Shown piece after piece: positions 28,412 through 32,000 of a stretch of DNA of 32,000 bases. Origin of the DNA: Rhodobacter capsulatus SB 1003 (GTDB taxonomy: Bacteria > Pseudomonadota > Alphaproteobacteria > Rhodobacterales > Rhodobacteraceae); contig NC_014034.1 of the NCBI RefSeq assembly GCF_000021865.1, positions 1,800,001 through 1,832,000 of the forward strand, given 5' to 3'. The position numbers and the translations under genes were made by a program. The notes beneath the pieces were generated by a model that searched no databases, was not told where the DNA came from, and saw only the letters and a list, made by a program, of their open reading frames with translations. Each line of letters opens with the position of its first letter. Within the stretch, counting starts at the first letter, position 1.

Positions 28412-28860
28412 GCGCGGTCGGGCTGCGGGCGGTGGCGATCGCGCGGGACTGGATCGGCACGCCTTACCGGCATCAGGTCTCGGTGCGGGGCGCGGGGACG
28501 GATTGTCTTGGGCTTTTGCGCGGGGTCTGGCGCGCGCTTTATGGCGCCGAGCCGGAGCTGGTGCCGCCCTATACGGCCGATTGGTCCGAGCCTGCGCGCG
28601 AGGAAGTGCTGTGGCGGGCGGCGGCGCGGCATCTGGTGGCGCTGCCCGTCGGGGCGGGGCCCGAGCGTCCGGGCGAGGTGCTGCTGTTTCGGATGCGCCA
28701 TGGCGCGGTGGCCAAGCATCTGGGCATCGCGGCCGAGATCGGCGCCGGGGCGAGTTTCGTGCATGCCTATACGGGGCATGGCGTGGTCGAAAGCCCGCTG
28801 TCCGAGCCCTGGGCGCGGCGGATCGTGGCGCGGTTTCAATTTCCTGAGGGGGGCCGGTGA
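28408..28860 (+). CDS. g14: GTA g14, NlpC/P60-family cell-wall peptidase
   Basis: 150 aa. ATGA overlap with g13. WIGTPYRHQ....GTDCLGLLRGVW holds the catalytic Cys. KHLGI and HAY provide His candidates. Confidence 0.85.
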   Translation: MSAVGLRAVAIARDWIGTPYRHQVSVRGAGTDCLGLLRGVWRALYGAEPELVPPYTADWSEPAREEVLWRAAARHLVALPVGAGPERPGEVLLFRMRHGAVAKHLGIAAEIGAGASFVHAYTGHGVVESPLSEPWARRIVARFQFPEGGR

Positions 28861-31800
28861 ATGGCGACGATACTGCTTTCGGCGGCGGGGGCCGCGATTG
28901 GCGGTGGCTTTGGCGGCACGGTTCTGGGCCTTTCGGGGGCGGTGATCGGGCGGGCCGTGGGCGCCACCTTGGGGCGGGTGATCGATCAGCGCTTGCTGGG
29001 ATCGGGGTCGCAAAGTGTCGAGACCGGGCGGGTCGACCGGCTGCGGCTGTCGAGCGCCTCGGAGGGGGAGGCGGTCGGGCGGCTTTGGGGGCGGATGCGG
29101 GTCGCGGGGCAGGTGATCTGGGCGACGCGGTTCTTTGAGAGTGCCTCGGTTGAAAAGAGCGGCAAGGGTGTGCCGCGGGCGACGGTCACGAGCTACAGCT
29201 ATTCGCTGAGCCTGGCGCTGGCGCTGTGCGAGGGGGAAATCCTGCGCGTCGGTCGGGTCTGGGCGGATGGCAGCGAGATCGAGGTCTCGGGGCTGAACAT
29301 GCGGGTTTACCGGGGCGGCGAGGATCAGCTGCCCGACCCGAAGATTGCGGCGGTGGAGGGGGCGGAGGCGGCGCCCGCCTATCGCGGCATCGCCTATGTG
29401 GTGCTGGAGGATCTGCAGCTGGCCCCCTTTGGCAACCGGGTGCCGCAGTTCACCTTTGAGGTGGTGCGGGCGGCGCAAGGCGCGCTGGCGGAGGCCGAGC
29501 CCGATCTGACGCGGGGGCTGCGGGCGGTGGCGCTGATCCCGGGGACGGGGGAATATGCGCTGGCGACGACGCCGGTCTATCTTGCGACGGGCAGCGGGGT
29601 GACCGCGACGCAGGGGGTGGCGAACCAGAATGCGCCCGGGGGGCAGACCGATCTGGTCGCGGCGCTGGAGCGGCTGGACGAGGAGCTGCCGAATTGCGGG
29701 GCGGTGTCGCTGGTGGTGAGCTGGTTCGGGGACGATCTGCGCTGCGGGGCCTGCGATGTGAAGCCCAAGGTCGCCTCGGTCGCGGAGGAGGGGGCGAACA
29801 TGCCCTGGCGGGTGGCGGGGCTGGAGCGGGCGGGCGCCGAGGAGGTGCCGCGGCTTTCGGGCCAGTCGGTCTATGGCGGCACGCCCGCGGATGCGGCGGT
29901 GATCGAGGCGATCGCGGCCTTGCGGGCGGCGGGCAAGGCGGTGACGTTCTATCCTTTCATCCTGATGGCGCAGCTGGCGGGGAATGGCCTGCCCGATCCC
30001 TGGAACCCGGGGAGCGCGCAACCGGCCTTGCCCTGGCGGGGGCGGATCACGCTTTCGGTCGCGCCGGGGCGGGCGGGCAGCCCCGATGGCACGGCGGCGG
30101 CCGAGGCGCAGGTGGCGGGGTTCTTCGGCGCTGCAAGCCCGGGGGATTCCGCGATTGCGGGGGGCGAGGTGGTCTATTCCGGCCCCGAGGAATGGTCGAT
30201 GCGCCGGTTCATCCTGCATTATGCGCATCTGTGCCAGCTGGCGGGGGGCGTTGACGCCTTTTGCATCGGCACCGAGATGGTGGCGCTGACGCAGATCCGC
30301 GGCCCGAGCAACAGCTTTCCCGCGGTGGCGGCGTTCCGGCAGCTGGCGGGTGAGGTCAAGGCGATCCTGGGGCCCGGCTGCAAGATCGGCTATGCCGCCG
30401 ACTGGTCGGAATACTGGGGCTATGCGCCCGGCAATGGCGAGCGGTTCTTTCATCTGGACCCGCTTTGGGCGGATGAAAACATCGACTTCATCGGCATCGA
30501 CAATTACCTGCCGCTGTCGGATTGGCGCGATGGCGCGGATCACGCCGATGCGGGTTGGGGCTCGATCCATGCGCTGGATTACCTGCGCAGCAATATCGAG
30601 GGCGGGGAGTATTATGACTGGTTTTATGCCGCGCCCGAACATCGCGCGGCGCAGATTCGCACGCCGATCACCGATGGCGATCACGACGAGCCCTGGATCT
30701 GGCGGGCGAAGGACCTGCGCAACTGGTGGCTGAACGACCATCACGAGCGGGTGGGGGGCCTGCGCTCGGAGGTGGCGACGGCCTGGGTGCCGCAGTCGAA
30801 GCCGATCTGGTTCACCGAGATGGGCTGCGCGGCGATCGACAAGGGCACGAACCAGCCCAACAAGTTCCTCGATCCGAAAAGCTCGGAATCGGGCCTGCCG
30901 CATCATTCCGACGGGCGGCGCGACGAGCTGATCCAGATGCAATATCTGCGCGCGATGACGGGCTACTGGGGGGAGGCGGCGAGGAACCCGGTCTCGGCGG
31001 TCTATGGCGGGCCGATGCTGGACATGAGCCGGGCGCATGTCTGGGCCTGGGATGCCCGGCCCTGGCCGCAATTTCCGCTCAACACCGCCTTGTGGTCGGA
31101 TGGCGAGAATTACGCGCGCGGGCACTGGATTTCGGGGCGCGCGGTGGCACAGCCGCTGGCGAGCGTGGTGGCCGAGATCTGCGGTGCGGCCGGGATCACG
31201 GAGATCGACGTGAGCGGGCTTTACGGGCTGGTGCGCGGCTACACGATGACGGGCGATCAGACCGGGCGCGCGGGGCTGCAGGCGCTGATGCTGGCCTATG
31301 GCTTCGAGGCGCTGGAACGCGACGGTCAGCTGGTGTTCCGGATGCGCGACGGGCGGGTGGCGGCCGATCTGGCCGCGGCGGATCTGGCGCTGGGCGAGGG
31401 CGAGGCGGTCGTCGAGACGGTGCGGGCGGCCGAGGCCGAGATCGCCGGGCGGGTGCGGCTGGCCTATGTCGAGGCGGAAGGCGATTTCGAGGTGAAGGCG
31501 GTCGAGGCGGTCTTTCCCGATGCGGCGGCGGGGGCGGCGGCGGGATCGGAGCTGTCGCTGGCGCTGACGCGGGCGCAGGCGCAGGGGATCGTCGGGCGGT
31601 GGCTGGCCGAGGCACGGGTGGCGCGGGACACGGCGCGGTTTGCGCTGCCGCCCTCGCGGGGGCATCTGGGCACGGGCGATGTGGTGCGGCTGGATCTGCC
31701 CGAGGGCAAGCGGCGCTACCGGATCGACCGGGTTGAGCAGGCGGGGCTGATCCAGGTCGAGGCGGTGCGGGTCGAGCCCGGGATCTATGCGCCCGCCGAC

Positions 31801-32000
31801 GAGGTCGAGGATCCGGCGAGCCTGCGCCCCTTTGCGGCGCCGGTGCCGGTGACGGCGGTGTTCCTGGATCTGCCGCTGATGAAAGGGGACGAGGACCCGG
31901 TTGCGCCGCATCTGGCGGTGACGGCGACGCCTTGGCCGGGGACGGTGGCGGTCTGGTCCTCGGACGAGGATGCGGGCTATGCGCTGAATGCGAGCTTGGG
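28861..32000 (+). CDS. g15: GTA g15, giant multi-domain tail-tip / host-specificity protein (truncated at the window end)
   Basis: Absent from the track because no stop occurs before position 32000. The frame starting at ATG 28861, directly after the g14 TGA, stays open for more than 1046 codons. My translation begins MATILLSAAGAAIGGGFGGTVLGLSGAVIGRAVGATLGRVIDQRLLGSGSQSVETGRVDRLRLSSASEGEAVGRLWGRMRVAGQVIWATRF... An internal region, FIGIDNYLPLSDWRDG...IWFTEMGCAAIDKGTNQPN (about 30480-30870), resembles a TIM-barrel glycoside-hydrolase-like domain. The 1182-aa ORF on the minus strand is its shadow. Confidence 0.85.
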   Translation, partial: MATILLSAAGAAIGGGFGGTVLGLSGAVIGRAVGATLGRVIDQRLLGSGSQSVETGRVDRLRLSSASEGEAVGRLWGRMRVAGQVIWATRFFESASVEKSGKGVPRATVTSYSYSLSLALALCEGEILRVGRVWADGSEIEVSGLNMRVYRGGEDQLPDPKIAAVEGAEAAPAYRGIAYVVLEDLQLAPFGNRVPQFTFEVVRAAQGALAEAEPDLTRGLRAVALIPGTGEYALATTPVYLATGSGVTATQGVANQNAPGGQTDLVAALERLDEELPNCGAVSLVVSWFGDDLRCGACDVKPKVASVAEEGANMPWRVAGLERAGAEEVPRLSGQSVYGGTPADAAVIEAIAALRAAGKAVTFYPFILMAQLAGNGLPDPWNPGSAQPALPWRGRITLSVAPGRAGSPDGTAAAEAQVAGFFGAASPGDSAIAGGEVVYSGPEEWSMRRFILHYAHLCQLAGGVDAFCIGTEMVALTQIRGPSNSFPAVAAFRQLAGEVKAILGPGCKIGYAADWSEYWGYAPGNGERFFHLDPLWADENIDFIGIDNYLPLSDWRDGADHADAGWGSIHALDYLRSNIEGGEYYDWFYAAPEHRAAQIRTPITDGDHDEPWIWRAKDLRNWWLNDHHERVGGLRSEVATAWVPQSKPIWFTEMGCAAIDKGTNQPNKFLDPKSSESGLPHHSDGRRDELIQMQYLRAMTGYWGEAARNPVSAVYGGPMLDMSRAHVWAWDARPWPQFPLNTALWSDGENYARGHWISGRAVAQPLASVVAEICGAAGITEIDVSGLYGLVRGYTMTGDQTGRAGLQALMLAYGFEALERDGQLVFRMRDGRVAADLAAADLALGEGEAVVETVRAAEAEIAGRVRLAYVEAEGDFEVKAVEAVFPDAAAGAAAGSELSLALTRAQAQGIVGRWLAEARVARDTARFALPPSRGHLGTGDVVRLDLPEGKRRYRIDRVEQAGLIQVEAVRVEPGIYAPADEVEDPASLRPFAAPVPVTAVFLDLPLMKGDEDPVAPHLAVTATPWPGTVAVWSSDEDAGYALNASL

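Larger units (their letters stand above)
18689..32000 (+). other. Gene transfer agent (RcGTA-like) structural gene cluster, g1 to g15; right end truncated by the window
   Basis: 17 co-directional ORFs in canonical head-to-tail order with frequent start/stop overlaps. No integrase, repressor, replication or lysis genes. Composition is host-like. See the individual genes and finding 1. Confidence 0.9.

Noticed and set aside
28363-31911. A 1182-aa minus-strand ORF, the longest entry in the track.
   Set aside because: It lies exactly antisense to the open plus-strand frame of g15. That frame is missing from the track only because it has no stop before 32000. The product is extremely Arg/Pro-rich, and the plus frame translates into a recognisable GTA tail-tip protein.
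18536-32000. Interpretation of the phage-like cluster as an ordinary intact or cryptic prophage.
   Set aside because: There is no integrase, excisionase, immunity, replication or lysis module. There is no att-like repeat or tRNA at the left junction. Composition is host-like and the flanks are conserved housekeeping operons. The tape measure is unusually short. The right end is not visible, so this rejection rests on the left boundary and the gene content seen.

Overview
High-GC alphaproteobacterial (Rhodobacterales-type) chromosome, in two parts. (1) Positions 1-18.5 kb are core housekeeping genes: mnmA (5' part, cut by the window edge), the cell-cycle regulator pair sciP-ctrA, ligA-recG, a soluble chemoreceptor, a NifU-like protein, hisI, tRNA-Leu(TAG), a Hint-domain protein, a split nnrE/nnrD pair, glnB-glnA and fabD-fabG-acpP-thpR-fabF-mltG. 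(2) From about 18.6 kb to the right edge lies one co-directional, translationally coupled, phage-like head-tail morphogenesis cluster. Its order is small terminase-like, TerL, portal, small ORF, prohead protease, HK97-type capsid, adaptor, stopper, tail terminator, tail tube, two chaperone ORFs, a short tape measure, distal tail, hub, NlpC/P60 peptidase, and a giant tail-tip protein that runs off the window. The cluster has no integrase, repressor, replication or lysis genes, no att-like boundary, and host-like composition. I read it as a gene transfer agent (GTA) structural cluster. Gene order and protein sequences match what I remember of RcGTA g1-g15 of Rhodobacter capsulatus. That is recognition from memory, not a database result. 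It is therefore the outstanding system in the window but probably not undescribed. Details I cannot explain from known annotation are: a 51-bp palindromic repeat family with 3 copies, one of them inside the GTA operon; a heavily structured 185-bp g2-g3 spacer with an intrinsic-terminator-like hairpin; a 122-nt dual-coding g1/g2 overlap; a g10/g10.1 arrangement in the -1 frame; CtrA-type motifs at sciP and ctrA 17 kb upstream of the cluster; and a split nnr gene. I saw no CRISPR array, rRNA, IS element or transposase.
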